A DNA stretch of 55,059 nucleotides, from IMG/VR virus record IMGVR_UViG_3300045988_019667; one strand, given 5' to 3'. This document shows positions 15,560 to 23,775 of the stretch, piece by piece; position 1 is the stretch's first letter, and every line of letters starts with the position of its first letter. The position numbers and the translations under genes are program-made. The notes below the pieces were generated by a model. The model searched no databases and was not told where the DNA came from. It was given only the letters and a program-made list of their open reading frames with translations. This DNA is from a virus.

Positions 15560-15900
15560 TGCGAGTTGAAAATATGACCGACCGGGAAATCGTCGCGGCC
15601 TGCGCTGTGGATTTCCGACGCAAGGCGCAGGAGGCATACGACGCCTACCAGAGCACCGGCATGAAGCGGTATGACAATGCCTATCACAAATACGAGGCTC
15701 TGGCAGACGCCCTTGACCGTGACGTTCGAAAAGCCGACACCCGGCAGGCCGCCGCGTCCCTCAAATCCGAGTTGATTATGCTGGCATCGGCGGCAAGCAG
15801 GGCGAAGCTGCCCTCCGCGCCGGAAGGTGCGCTGTTGGCGCTGGCGAAAGAGGTTATCGCGGTCGGACGACTGTACGGTTATGACGGGAAGGGAGATTGA
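15559..15900 (+). CDS. Hypothetical protein (113 aa)
   Basis: GAGGAGG RBS; TAATG overlap. Confidence 0.6.
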   Translation: MRVENMTDREIVAACAVDFRRKAQEAYDAYQSTGMKRYDNAYHKYEALADALDRDVRKADTRQAAASLKSELIMLASAASRAKLPSAPEGALLALAKEVIAVGRLYGYDGKGD

Positions 15901-16095
15901 ATGAACTGTCACGGCTGCAAATGGCTCGACCGTTACAAGAAGGACGGGAACGGCTACTGTTGCATGGTGGTCCGGAGTAAGACCCAAACATCCAAAGTTC
16001 GCAGGCCGGATATGGAGCGCTGCGAGCTGTACAAGCCCGGCGACTGGAAAACCCGTTGGGAGACAGAGCTACACGAAGGAGGAAAACAAGAATGA
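15901..16095 (+). CDS. Small Cys-rich protein (CHGCKWL...CC motif)
   Basis: 64 aa. Shares the CxGCxW...CC pattern with the C-termini of 16607..16972 and 16950..17216. Confidence 0.55.
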   Translation: MNCHGCKWLDRYKKDGNGYCCMVVRSKTQTSKVRRPDMERCELYKPGDWKTRWETELHEGGKQE

Positions 16096-16433
16096 AGTAC
16101 AACAGTGTTGAGGAATGGAAGGCGGAGGCGACGCGCCGATTTGGTCCTGATATGCTCAAGTGGCGTTTCCGCTGCCCTATGTGCGGCCACGTCGCATCGG
16201 TGCAGGACTTCAAGGATGCCGGGGCAAAATCTCCGAGCTGCGCTTATCAGGAGTGTCTGGGTCGGTACACCGGCAAGGGCACGCCGAAGAAGGGCGACAG
16301 CAGCGGCTGTAACTGGGCGGCCTACGGGCTGTTCGGCATCCCTGCTGAGCATGACATCGTTATCGTGGCTCCCGGCGACCAAGTGGACGTATATCCGTTC
16401 GCGGACGGAGAGCAGGAGGCTGACAATGGTTGA
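16092..16433 (+). CDS. VVA0879-family-like zinc-ribbon protein
   Basis: MKYNSVEEWKAEATRRFGPDMLKWRFRCPMCGHVASVQDF... matches my recollection of that family. 113 aa. Confidence 0.5.
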   Translation: MKYNSVEEWKAEATRRFGPDMLKWRFRCPMCGHVASVQDFKDAGAKSPSCAYQECLGRYTGKGTPKKGDSSGCNWAAYGLFGIPAEHDIVIVAPGDQVDVYPFADGEQEADNG

Positions 16434-16614
16434 TTTAAGGTCCTGCCCATTCTGCGGCGGGAATGAAATCATCATTCGCCCAGTGTACTACGCGGGGATC
16501 GTCAATCCACGCTTTTACGCACAGTGCCGAAGATGTTTCGCACAGACTGCGCCAAAGTGGACAACGAAGCTGGGCGCAGTCAAAGACTGGAATAGGAGAG
16601 CCGACAATGGTTAA
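16426..16614 (+). CDS. Lar-family restriction-alleviation-like protein
   Basis: 62 aa. LRSCPFCGG...YYA......QC.RC......LGAVKDWNRRA is the typical Lar-family pattern (CPFCGG ... C..C ... WNRR). Confidence 0.6.
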   Translation: MVDLRSCPFCGGNEIIIRPVYYAGIVNPRFYAQCRRCFAQTAPKWTTKLGAVKDWNRRADNG

Positions 16615-16972
16615 AAATTTGAATCACGAAACGGCGAGTGTTTGTGCTTGCAATCACAAGAACCGGATAAAGACGCACTTCGCCAAAATCATCGTCAGCG
16701 GCACAAGTGAAAAGCCGTGTTACGATATTTTGTGTTTCGATCCTACGGACCGGAAATATCACATTGGTTTCGGCTCGTATTGCCTCGATTATGTGTTTAA
16801 GTGGCTGGCAGAAGAATTCGAGATTGAGGAAGCGGCCCCTTCCGCTGATTTCGACTGCGAAGGCTGCGTCTGGCTGAATACACGGCACCAGAAGTGTTCC
16901 TGTTGTCGAAGAAATCAGTGTCTCAAGGACAACTACAAGGAGGGGCAAAATGCCGCTGTACATCAATGCTGA
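16607..16972 (+). CDS. Hypothetical Cys-rich protein (C-terminal CEGCVWL...CSCCRRNQCLKDNYKEG)
   Basis: 121 aa. The C-terminal roughly 50 nt are repeated in the next gene. Confidence 0.55.
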   Translation: MVKNLNHETASVCACNHKNRIKTHFAKIIVSGTSEKPCYDILCFDPTDRKYHIGFGSYCLDYVFKWLAEEFEIEEAAPSADFDCEGCVWLNTRHQKCSCCRRNQCLKDNYKEGQNAAVHQC

Positions 16973-17216
16973 ACAGGCAGCGCGCTATTTCGCAAGTTTG
17001 CGGAAGAAACTGCCTCACGATGCCCGCGACTTTATGACGCGAGACAGCTTGCTTTTGAGCGTAGAACTGGCGTTGAGATCAGACTATTCACAGCTTGCGT
17101 TCTGGGACGCGATACAGATCGGAGACTGTGCGGGCTGTGTCGGGCAGGAAGTTCCGCAGAATTGTTCCTGCTGTCGCAGAAACCGGCATCTCAAAGACAA
17201 CTACAAGGAGGCATAA
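16950..17216 (+). CDS. Hypothetical Cys-rich protein (C-terminal CAGCVG...CSCCRRNRHLKDNYKEA)
   Basis: 88 aa. The C-terminal motif is paralogous to the upstream gene. Confidence 0.55.
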   Translation: MPLYINAEQAARYFASLRKKLPHDARDFMTRDSLLLSVELALRSDYSQLAFWDAIQIGDCAGCVGQEVPQNCSCCRRNRHLKDNYKEA

Positions 17217-17452
17217 TGTTTGGGCGAAGGAAATTGAAAGCCGAGATTGTGCGGCTGTCGTATCGGGTATCGGAGTTGGCGGAGCGCCTGTGCCCCTGTG
17301 AATCACACAGTTGGGTGGTGGTTGATTCCGATTTCACTGTCGGTTCCAGCGCAGGCGACATTGACACGATCTACCGGTATAAGTGCCGCAGGTGTGGAAA
17401 GACGCTGAAAACCTACAAGCTCCTGCCGACAGAGAGCTACACCGGCAAATAG
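17216..17452 (+). CDS. Small zinc-ribbon-like protein (CPCESH...CRRCG)
   Basis: 78 aa; TAATG overlap. Last gene of the accessory operon. Confidence 0.55.
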   Translation: MFGRRKLKAEIVRLSYRVSELAERLCPCESHSWVVVDSDFTVGSSAGDIDTIYRYKCRRCGKTLKTYKLLPTESYTGK

Positions 17453-17492
17453 AAAACTGCCGCAGAGGACAATTACCTCTGCGGTAGTTTTC
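17452..17492. terminator. 41-bp near-perfect palindrome: bidirectional terminator at the convergent junction (attP not excluded)
   Basis: GAAAACTGCCGCAGAGG-ACAATTA-CCTCTGCGGTAGTTTTC. It overlaps the stop codons of both convergent genes. Confidence 0.65.
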
Positions 17493-19080
17493 TTGTCAGG
17501 CCGAACACATTCCTAAACCAAAAGAGTTCGTACCTGTGTGTTTTGGTGGAGCGAGACGCACGGCATCCGAACTCCTCCCCGTCTTCAAAACGCTGCATAT
17601 CATGCAGTGTGATGGTGCTTTTATCTCCGCTGAAGTTGTACGTCAACGTTATGTGGTCGTCGTAAACGAATACCGCGTTCACGAAGGTCTGGATCAGGCG
17701 CTTTTGTGCCTCTTTGTCCGACCAGTCAGCATCACGCAGGCTGCGGAGATAAAATGCGATATGGGATTTTTGCAGGTGGAAACCGCGGGCGATTTCCCTG
17801 TCGGCAATGGACGCCTTCAGGTCGGCTTTCTGCTGCGTCAGCTCGTCCATGCGCTTCTTGGTTTCCTCAGTCAGTATTCCGGCCTCAATGGCCCGAATGA
17901 GGTTTGATATGGCGGTGTCAGTCTGTGCAAGCTGCCGCTGAAGGTTACGCAGCTCCTCTTGACTGTTGTCCTGTGCAAGGTAATACTCCCATGTGCGGTC
18001 AACGATGTAGTCCAGTAGCTCGTCGTCTTGCAGCAGCTCATGGGTGGCGTTGAGCACGGTGTCCTCAATGTCCGCCTGTCGCACGGCCTTTTTGTCGCAG
18101 GAGCGGAAGCGCTTCTTGTTGGAGCAGATGTAATAATTATGCTTGACACCGGTTTTACTGGTGCCGCTCTCTCCGAACATCAGAGCACCGCACTTGCCGC
18201 AGAACAGCTTGTCCGTGAGAATGTAGTCGGCACGCGACCATGTTTTCGCCGGTGCTCGCTTGTTGATCTTCAGCATTTCCTGCACTTTGTTAAACACGTC
18301 GTCCTCGATAATCCGGGGCACGCCGTCCTTGATCTCGCGGCCTTGGTATTCGTAAATGCCAATGTACTTCTTGTTCTTCAGAATCGAATGCAAGCTGTTC
18401 TTGGTGAAGGGTCCGCCGCGCAACGTCCGCAGGCCCATTTCATTCAGCTTGTCAACGATTTCCGTAACTGTCTTGCCGTCCGCGTACATGGTGAAGATCA
18501 TCTTCACTGTGGGCGCGGTATTTTCGTCTATGACGAACTTTTTGTCCGGCCCGGTCTTGTACCCCAGCGGGCGGTTTCCGCCCAACGACTGGCACTTCTC
18601 GGCGCTCTCAGCACGGCCACGGCGGATGTTCTGTGACAGCTGTAGGCTGTAATATTCCGCGAAGCCTTCCAGCACGCTTTCAAGGATTACGCCCTCCGGA
18701 CTGTCCGGGATGGTTTCCGCCACATACTCGACGCGCACGCCGTTCTTACGGCACTTCATCTTGTTTATGGCGATCTCCTCACGGTTACGCCCAAAGCGGT
18801 CAACCTTCCAGAGGATGATAACCGAAAACTGCCGCTTGGCCGTGTCCTTCAGCATCTGCTGGAACTCGGCACGGTTATCCGTCCGACCGCTCTTTGCCCT
18901 GTCAACGTATTCATGCACGATGGTGTAGCCGTGTGCGGCGGCGTAGTCTCTTGCGTTGGAGAGCTGCCCTTCGATGGACTGTTCACCTTGACTGTGGCTT
19001 GAATACCGGGCGTATACGACGGCCAGTTCGCTGACCTCCGGCTTTGCCATTGGCACCCGCCATTTAATATCTATCGACAT
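17473..19080 (-). CDS. int: Large serine recombinase (integrase)
   Basis: N-terminal resolvase domain with VVYARYSSHSQ (catalytic Ser context). Contains a recombinase domain, a Cys-containing zinc-ribbon region (CGKCGALM...YYICS) and a coiled-coil C-terminus. Alternative start at 19050 (MAKPEV...). Confidence 0.9.
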   Translation of the reverse strand: MSIDIKWRVPMAKPEVSELAVVYARYSSHSQGEQSIEGQLSNARDYAAAHGYTIVHEYVDRAKSGRTDNRAEFQQMLKDTAKRQFSVIILWKVDRFGRNREEIAINKMKCRKNGVRVEYVAETIPDSPEGVILESVLEGFAEYYSLQLSQNIRRGRAESAEKCQSLGGNRPLGYKTGPDKKFVIDENTAPTVKMIFTMYADGKTVTEIVDKLNEMGLRTLRGGPFTKNSLHSILKNKKYIGIYEYQGREIKDGVPRIIEDDVFNKVQEMLKINKRAPAKTWSRADYILTDKLFCGKCGALMFGESGTSKTGVKHNYYICSNKKRFRSCDKKAVRQADIEDTVLNATHELLQDDELLDYIVDRTWEYYLAQDNSQEELRNLQRQLAQTDTAISNLIRAIEAGILTEETKKRMDELTQQKADLKASIADREIARGFHLQKSHIAFYLRSLRDADWSDKEAQKRLIQTFVNAVFVYDDHITLTYNFSGDKSTITLHDMQRFEDGEEFGCRASRSTKTHRYELFWFRNVFGLTRKLPQR

Positions 19081-19085
19081 ATCTG

Positions 19086-19919
19086 TTACCCGTTACGCCC
19101 TTCTGCGCCCAGCAGGAGGGCTTTTTCGTTTGTTATGTACTTGTGAGCAGTTTCTTTGATGTCAGCCTCCATTTGGAGGGCGCGCTTTGAAGGCTTATAT
19201 GGTCTTGGCGTATATGTGTATGAGTTTTCCAACCATTCGGAGGATATATCAAGTTCTCTCTGAAACAGCAGCATATACGGTTTATAGCGCTCGTCTCTCA
19301 TGTACTTTTGAAGATACGCTTGCGATTCAGCCGGGCTTATGCGCCGATAGATTTTACCGACCAAAAGTGGGAAAGCCGGAGCGCAATTTTTGTCCGTACT
19401 TTGGGCTTTGAGCGCATATCTCAAAGCTGAATCCCACAGTCCTTCTTGTTCATAAAGTTCGGCCAATTTATAGCTAAAAAACGGGTCATTGGCGTCAAAC
19501 ATAACACGTTGTGCCTCGGCAACTATTTGAGATGATGCCGTGCCTAAATATCTCTCAAAGTATGCAATGGACTGCTGGCGTCCGATAGCTCCTTTGGTTT
19601 GGTATGCAAACCCAACGGCGAGTGCGTCCAAAGGGCTTTTTGATTCGCTGTACTTCTGTACGACAATTTCGTTCAATATGGCTCTCGCCTTGTATTTGAC
19701 TACGGAGGATTCGCTTGCAAGACCCAATGCGCGTTGTTTTGGGGTGTATTTGTTGCTGCCAGCTACACGTAGGACCTCTACGATTGTCTGGTTTTCACCA
19801 TCAGACAGGCGAGTAAAGTCGTATGCCCCATTACACACAATGCAGTCATCGGAATTCTGGTAGTATTCCGCAGGATGTATTGGCTCAAAACGGCTTGAAT
19901 CTTTTTTGAAAATCGACAT
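19086..19919 (-). CDS. Unknown 277-aa protein in the lysogeny operon (visibly lower GC than its flanks)
   Basis: Tightly packed between the repressor (24-nt gap) and the integrase (5-nt gap), same strand. Helical, TPR-like stretches (LAELYEQEGLWDSALRYALKA). No motif I can name. Confidence 0.6.
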   Translation of the reverse strand: MSIFKKDSSRFEPIHPAEYYQNSDDCIVCNGAYDFTRLSDGENQTIVEVLRVAGSNKYTPKQRALGLASESSVVKYKARAILNEIVVQKYSESKSPLDALAVGFAYQTKGAIGRQQSIAYFERYLGTASSQIVAEAQRVMFDANDPFFSYKLAELYEQEGLWDSALRYALKAQSTDKNCAPAFPLLVGKIYRRISPAESQAYLQKYMRDERYKPYMLLFQRELDISSEWLENSYTYTPRPYKPSKRALQMEADIKETAHKYITNEKALLLGAEGRNG

Positions 19920-19943
19920 AGAGGATTTTCCCCTTGCGCCGTA

Positions 19944-20339
19944 TCAGGCGTTCTTTGCTTGAATTTCAGTCCGGTACTTATCAGCGGAAAGCAGCCCGTC
20001 GAGGTATGCTTCCGCTTTTGCTTTATCGACGTCATCGAGCATTCTGAATTTGCTCACGAAGTCAGGGACGGCTCCAATATAGTCACGCGGCGCATCTTCC
20101 ACAACGGGAGCGCTGTTCACATAGTCAATCGGATTATCTGTACGCCCCAGCAAGTAGTCGGCGGACACGCCCAAAGCGTCTGCAATAGCCGCTACGGTTT
20201 CGCCTTTGGGGAATGTGTTTTTCGTATTCCACGAAGAAATTGTGGAGCGTGAAATGCCGAAAAGATCGGCGGCTTTTTGAGAGCACGGTTCAATTCCGTG
20301 TTCGGTGCAAGTGGCTGCATATCGCTCAAAGAAACTCAT
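19944..20339 (-). CDS. XRE-family HTH repressor (CI-like)
   Basis: HTH QKAADLFGISRSTISSWNTKNTFPKGETVAAIADALGVSADYLLG. Divergent from the cro-like early operon. Confidence 0.85.
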   Translation of the reverse strand: MSFFERYAATCTEHGIEPCSQKAADLFGISRSTISSWNTKNTFPKGETVAAIADALGVSADYLLGRTDNPIDYVNSAPVVEDAPRDYIGAVPDFVSKFRMLDDVDKAKAEAYLDGLLSADKYRTEIQAKNA

Positions 20340-20395
20340 TAGATCACCTTAGTCCGAAAAATTTAACCGCAGACCAAAATTTTCACCTAATCCTA

Positions 20396-20453
20396 TTGAC
20401 AAGCTCAATTTTTCGTACTATAATGTAGCTGTCAGTTGAAAATATTAGACTGA
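20396..20453 (+). promoter_or_regulatory. Consensus sigma-70 early promoter plus operator-like inverted repeat (module 2)
   Basis: TTGACA (20396..20401), 17-nt spacer, TATAAT (20419..20424). Then TCAGT-N12-ACTGA at 20432..20453, the same 8-nt offset from the -10 as module 1. Confidence 0.75.
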
Positions 20454-20593
20454 ACGGGCCTTAACAAGCCAAACGCAGTCCGAAATGAAATCGAGCCGCG
20501 CGGCTGTCAAGAATGGTAGCACATCTATGATAGCACGAAAGTCGAAAAGTTTCAACTGCTAATGCAAAAGTTTTTACTCAGGAGGTGAATTTT

Positions 20594-20806
20594 TTGACTC
20601 TCGACTGGACCGCTGAAGTGGTCGGGCGTATGCACATGGCGGCAATTACGGGCAAACAGCTTGCCGATGAAGCAGGGCTGACGAACTCGTACCTGTCCGC
20701 TGTTCTCCACAACAAGAAGGGCAACGCCACGACCCAGCAGCGCATCATTGATGCGCTTGAACGCCTTGAGCAGCGGCAGGCAAGCGAACCCACAGTTAAT
20801 CAGTAA
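20594..20806 (+). CDS. Cro-like HTH protein
   Basis: AGGAGG lies 8 nt before TTG 20594; the tracked start GTG 20585 overlaps the RBS. HTH ITGKQLADEAGLTNSYLSAVLHNKKG. Confidence 0.65.
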   Translation: MTLDWTAEVVGRMHMAAITGKQLADEAGLTNSYLSAVLHNKKGNATTQQRIIDALERLEQRQASEPTVNQ

Positions 20807-20823
20807 GAAACGAGGAAAGCATC

Positions 20824-21024
20824 ATGGCCAACGTCAAAATCGACTGCACGCAGATTCCGCGAGTACAAATGGATATTCTCTGCCGGACGCTGCTTGCAGG
20901 CATTGAGCGGTTTTACTCCGATCCGGAGAATTTACGCCGCTACGAAGCGTGGCTACAGAAATGCAGAGAGGAAGGCAAGTTCTATGACGACGACACGCAG
21001 ACGGCAGCACCAGCAGCTCAATAG
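20824..21024 (+). CDS. Hypothetical protein (66 aa)
   Basis: Tracked ORF with an RBS-like GAGGAAAG upstream. Confidence 0.55.
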   Translation: MANVKIDCTQIPRVQMDILCRTLLAGIERFYSDPENLRRYEAWLQKCREEGKFYDDDTQTAAPAAQ

Positions 21025-21685
21025 GCTGCGCCGTATCGCTTTTGGCCTCTTTGTGCTGGCAGTGTTGGAGGCGGTCGTAATCACGATCCTTGCCGTCAAC
21101 TGCGCGTCAGGCGCAGCGCCCGCACCGGAGGAAACCGCACCCGCTCCCACGGCTGAAACGTCCGTGCCGGAAACCGAAGCCCCTACCGCCTCCACACCGG
21201 ACGAGCCGGTCACAGAGCCGGAAACCGTACCGCAGGAGACAGAAGGGCAGAGATTCCTACACAGTGACGACATTCCGCTGAGCTACGAGCTTCAAGAGGT
21301 AATGCAGCAGGCGTGTGAGGACTACGGCGTTCCCTACGCACTGGCGCTGGCAATCGCGGAATGCGAAAGCAGCTTCAACCTCGATGCAGACAACGGCACC
21401 TGCTGGGGCCTGATGCAACTTCACCCGATTAACTATGATCGCCTGCGCGGACTTGGGATCGAACCCACCGACTATGAGGGCAACATTGTTGCCGGTGTCC
21501 TCCTGATCGGTGAGCTGCTGGACAAGTACGGCGACCAGCACAAAGCCCTCATGGCCTATAACTGTGGCGAGGGCGGCGCTGCGAAGCTCTGGCAGCAAGG
21601 CTACTACTCAAGTCAATACTCAAGGCACGTCTTGAACGTTTCTGAAAGCTGGCAACAAATCATCGACGATCTGAAGAACATTTAG
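20984..21685 (+). CDS. Membrane-anchored lytic transglycosylase (SLT domain)
   Basis: Starts MTTTRRRQHQQ. TM helix FGLFVLAVLEAVVITILAV, then a Pro/Glu/Thr-rich linker. SLT motif ALAIAECESSFNLDADNGTCWGLMQL...AYNCG. Confidence 0.75.
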   Translation: MTTTRRRQHQQLNRLRRIAFGLFVLAVLEAVVITILAVNCASGAAPAPEETAPAPTAETSVPETEAPTASTPDEPVTEPETVPQETEGQRFLHSDDIPLSYELQEVMQQACEDYGVPYALALAIAECESSFNLDADNGTCWGLMQLHPINYDRLRGLGIEPTDYEGNIVAGVLLIGELLDKYGDQHKALMAYNCGEGGAAKLWQQGYYSSQYSRHVLNVSESWQQIIDDLKNI

Positions 21686-21695
21686 GAGGCAAATC

Positions 21696-22175
21696 ATGTT
21701 TGAGATCAAAATGACCATCGAAATCCCCGGATTACCGGAAGCGCTGAACGCGCTGGCCGGTGCCACCGGCAAGCAGCCCGAATTCGTCTGCCATCAGCAC
21801 GGAGGGAACAACCACCACATCGACAACGCAGGCGTTGTCAACGTTGATTTCCCCGCCGCGCCTGCTCCTGCGGCTCCCGTCGTAAACCCTACGACACCTG
21901 TTCAGCCTGCGCCAACTACCGGCACTGTTGCACCCACCCCTGTTCAGCCGACTGCACCGACGACTGTTGCCCCGACTGCGCCGGTCGCCGCTCCGGCTGA
22001 GAGTTACACCGTGGAGGAACTGAGCCGCGCGGGTGCGGCGCTGATCGACGCAGGCAAGATGCCGCAGCTCCTTGCCCTGCTGGGCAAGTTCGGTGTGCGG
22101 GCCGTAACGCAGCTGCCGAAGGAGGCATACAGCGCCTTTGGTGCTGAGCTGAAGGCCCTCGGAGCGCAGCTTTAA
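21696..22175 (+). CDS. Hypothetical protein with a Pro/Ala/Thr-rich linker
   Basis: TAGGAGG RBS; 159 aa. Confidence 0.6.
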   Translation: MFEIKMTIEIPGLPEALNALAGATGKQPEFVCHQHGGNNHHIDNAGVVNVDFPAAPAPAAPVVNPTTPVQPAPTTGTVAPTPVQPTAPTTVAPTAPVAAPAESYTVEELSRAGAALIDAGKMPQLLALLGKFGVRAVTQLPKEAYSAFGAELKALGAQL

Positions 22176-22189
22176 CGGGAGGTGGGACA

Positions 22190-23386
22190 ATGCCTACCCC
22201 CAGACAACACGCCCTTCTGAGCGCATCCAGCGCCCACCGCTGGCTGGCTTGTACGGCGGCACCGCATTTCGAGGAGAGCTTCCCGGATGGGACAAGCTCC
22301 TATGCGGAGGAAGGCACTCTGGCACACGCCATCTGTGAGCTGTACGCCCGCAAGAAATTCACTGTCCTGTCCACCCGCAAATTCAACTCTGAGCTGAAGA
22401 AGCTGCAAGCCTGCCCGCTGTACTCTGCCGAGATGCTGCGGACCGCCGAAGCGTATGTGGACTATCTCACGGAGAAGGCCATGCAGTACGCCGCGCCGCC
22501 CCATGTGGCAATGGAGGTCAAGGTCGATCTCACGGCCTATGTCCCGGACGGTTTCGGCACCTGCGACTGTATCATGATTGGCGGCGACACGCTGCACATC
22601 ACCGACTACAAGCACGGCAAGGGCGTTCCCGTATCGGCTGAAAACAACCCGCAAATGCGGCTGTATGCGCTGGGTGCTCTGAAGCTCTACGGGCCTATCT
22701 ACGGCGACCAAATCAAGTGGGTATCAATGGGTATCTGTCAGCCCCGCCTGTCACAGGAGGCCAGCGAGGACGACCTTAGTGTGGATGATCTGCTTGCATG
22801 GGGCGAGAGTATCAAACCCCTTGCAAAGGAAGCCTACGACGGCCCCGGAACCTTCTGCCCCGGTGAGCACTGCCGATTCTGCAAGGGCAAGGCGCAATGC
22901 GCCGCAAGAGCCGCGTTCTTTACCGGCTTTGAGGATTTTAAGAATCTCACCCCTGCGAACGGCAGCCGGGAGATCGGAAAAAATCCGTGCCTGTCGGACG
23001 CCGAAGTTGGCGACCTGCTGATTCAAGCCGAAGGTCTGGTGCAGTGGTACAAGGACCTTCAGGATTACGCCACCGGCGCTATGCTTGACGGCGGCGAAAT
23101 CCCCGGCTGGAAGCTGGTGGAGGGCCGCAGCAACCGTGCCTTTACGGATGTTGACGCCGCCGTTCAGAAGCTAATCGACGCCGGATATGACGAGGCGCTG
23201 ATCTACGACCGCAAGCCGAAGACCCTCTCAGAGCTGGAAAAGATGCTCGGCAAAAAGACCTTCGCGGAGCTGCTTTCCGAGTGTGTCACAAAGCCGAAGG
23301 GCAAACCTACACTTGCGCTGGCAAGCGACCGCCGCGAAGCCTATTGCGTTGGTGCTGCTGAGTTTGCGGGTGCGTCTGATGGCTGA
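22190..23386 (+). CDS. DUF2800-type PD-(D/E)XK nuclease (Cas4-like, C-terminal Cys cluster)
   Basis: N-terminus LLSASSAHRWLACTAAPH. Nuclease core HITDYKHGKG. Cys cluster CPGEHCRFCKGKAQC. Confidence 0.75.
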   Translation: MPTPRQHALLSASSAHRWLACTAAPHFEESFPDGTSSYAEEGTLAHAICELYARKKFTVLSTRKFNSELKKLQACPLYSAEMLRTAEAYVDYLTEKAMQYAAPPHVAMEVKVDLTAYVPDGFGTCDCIMIGGDTLHITDYKHGKGVPVSAENNPQMRLYALGALKLYGPIYGDQIKWVSMGICQPRLSQEASEDDLSVDDLLAWGESIKPLAKEAYDGPGTFCPGEHCRFCKGKAQCAARAAFFTGFEDFKNLTPANGSREIGKNPCLSDAEVGDLLIQAEGLVQWYKDLQDYATGAMLDGGEIPGWKLVEGRSNRAFTDVDAAVQKLIDAGYDEALIYDRKPKTLSELEKMLGKKTFAELLSECVTKPKGKPTLALASDRREAYCVGAAEFAGASDG

Positions 23387-23711
23387 AACGGTATATCTCA
23401 ATGATGGCAGCATGGAGGTCATTTTCGAGGACAAGGACGTGTTCCTTGAACGGCTGCTGCGCGAAAAGCTCGGAGATGACGTCGCCCGCTGCTTCCGGGA
23501 ATGCGTCGCAGAGCTGAAGGAGGAAATCCAAGAGCAGCAGGAGCTGGTCAAGGATTATGAGGGCAACGCGGACGGCTATCTGGATATGTGCCGCGACGCC
23601 TGCGAATCCTTCACCGCCATTATGGAACTGCTGGAAGCGCCCCGTTTGAACCGGAATGCGCTCAAATCCGTAACCCGAAACGCCTTCAACGCGATCTACA
23701 AAAACCTTTAG
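23379..23711 (+). CDS. Hypothetical protein (110 aa)
   Basis: The ATG overlaps the upstream 3' end. Acidic and helical. Confidence 0.55.
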   Translation: MAETVYLNDGSMEVIFEDKDVFLERLLREKLGDDVARCFRECVAELKEEIQEQQELVKDYEGNADGYLDMCRDACESFTAIMELLEAPRLNRNALKSVTRNAFNAIYKNL

Positions 23712-23775
23712 ACCCCACCTGCGGATGCAGGACTGAACATATTGAACTGAATGAAATTTATGGAGGAATTAAACC

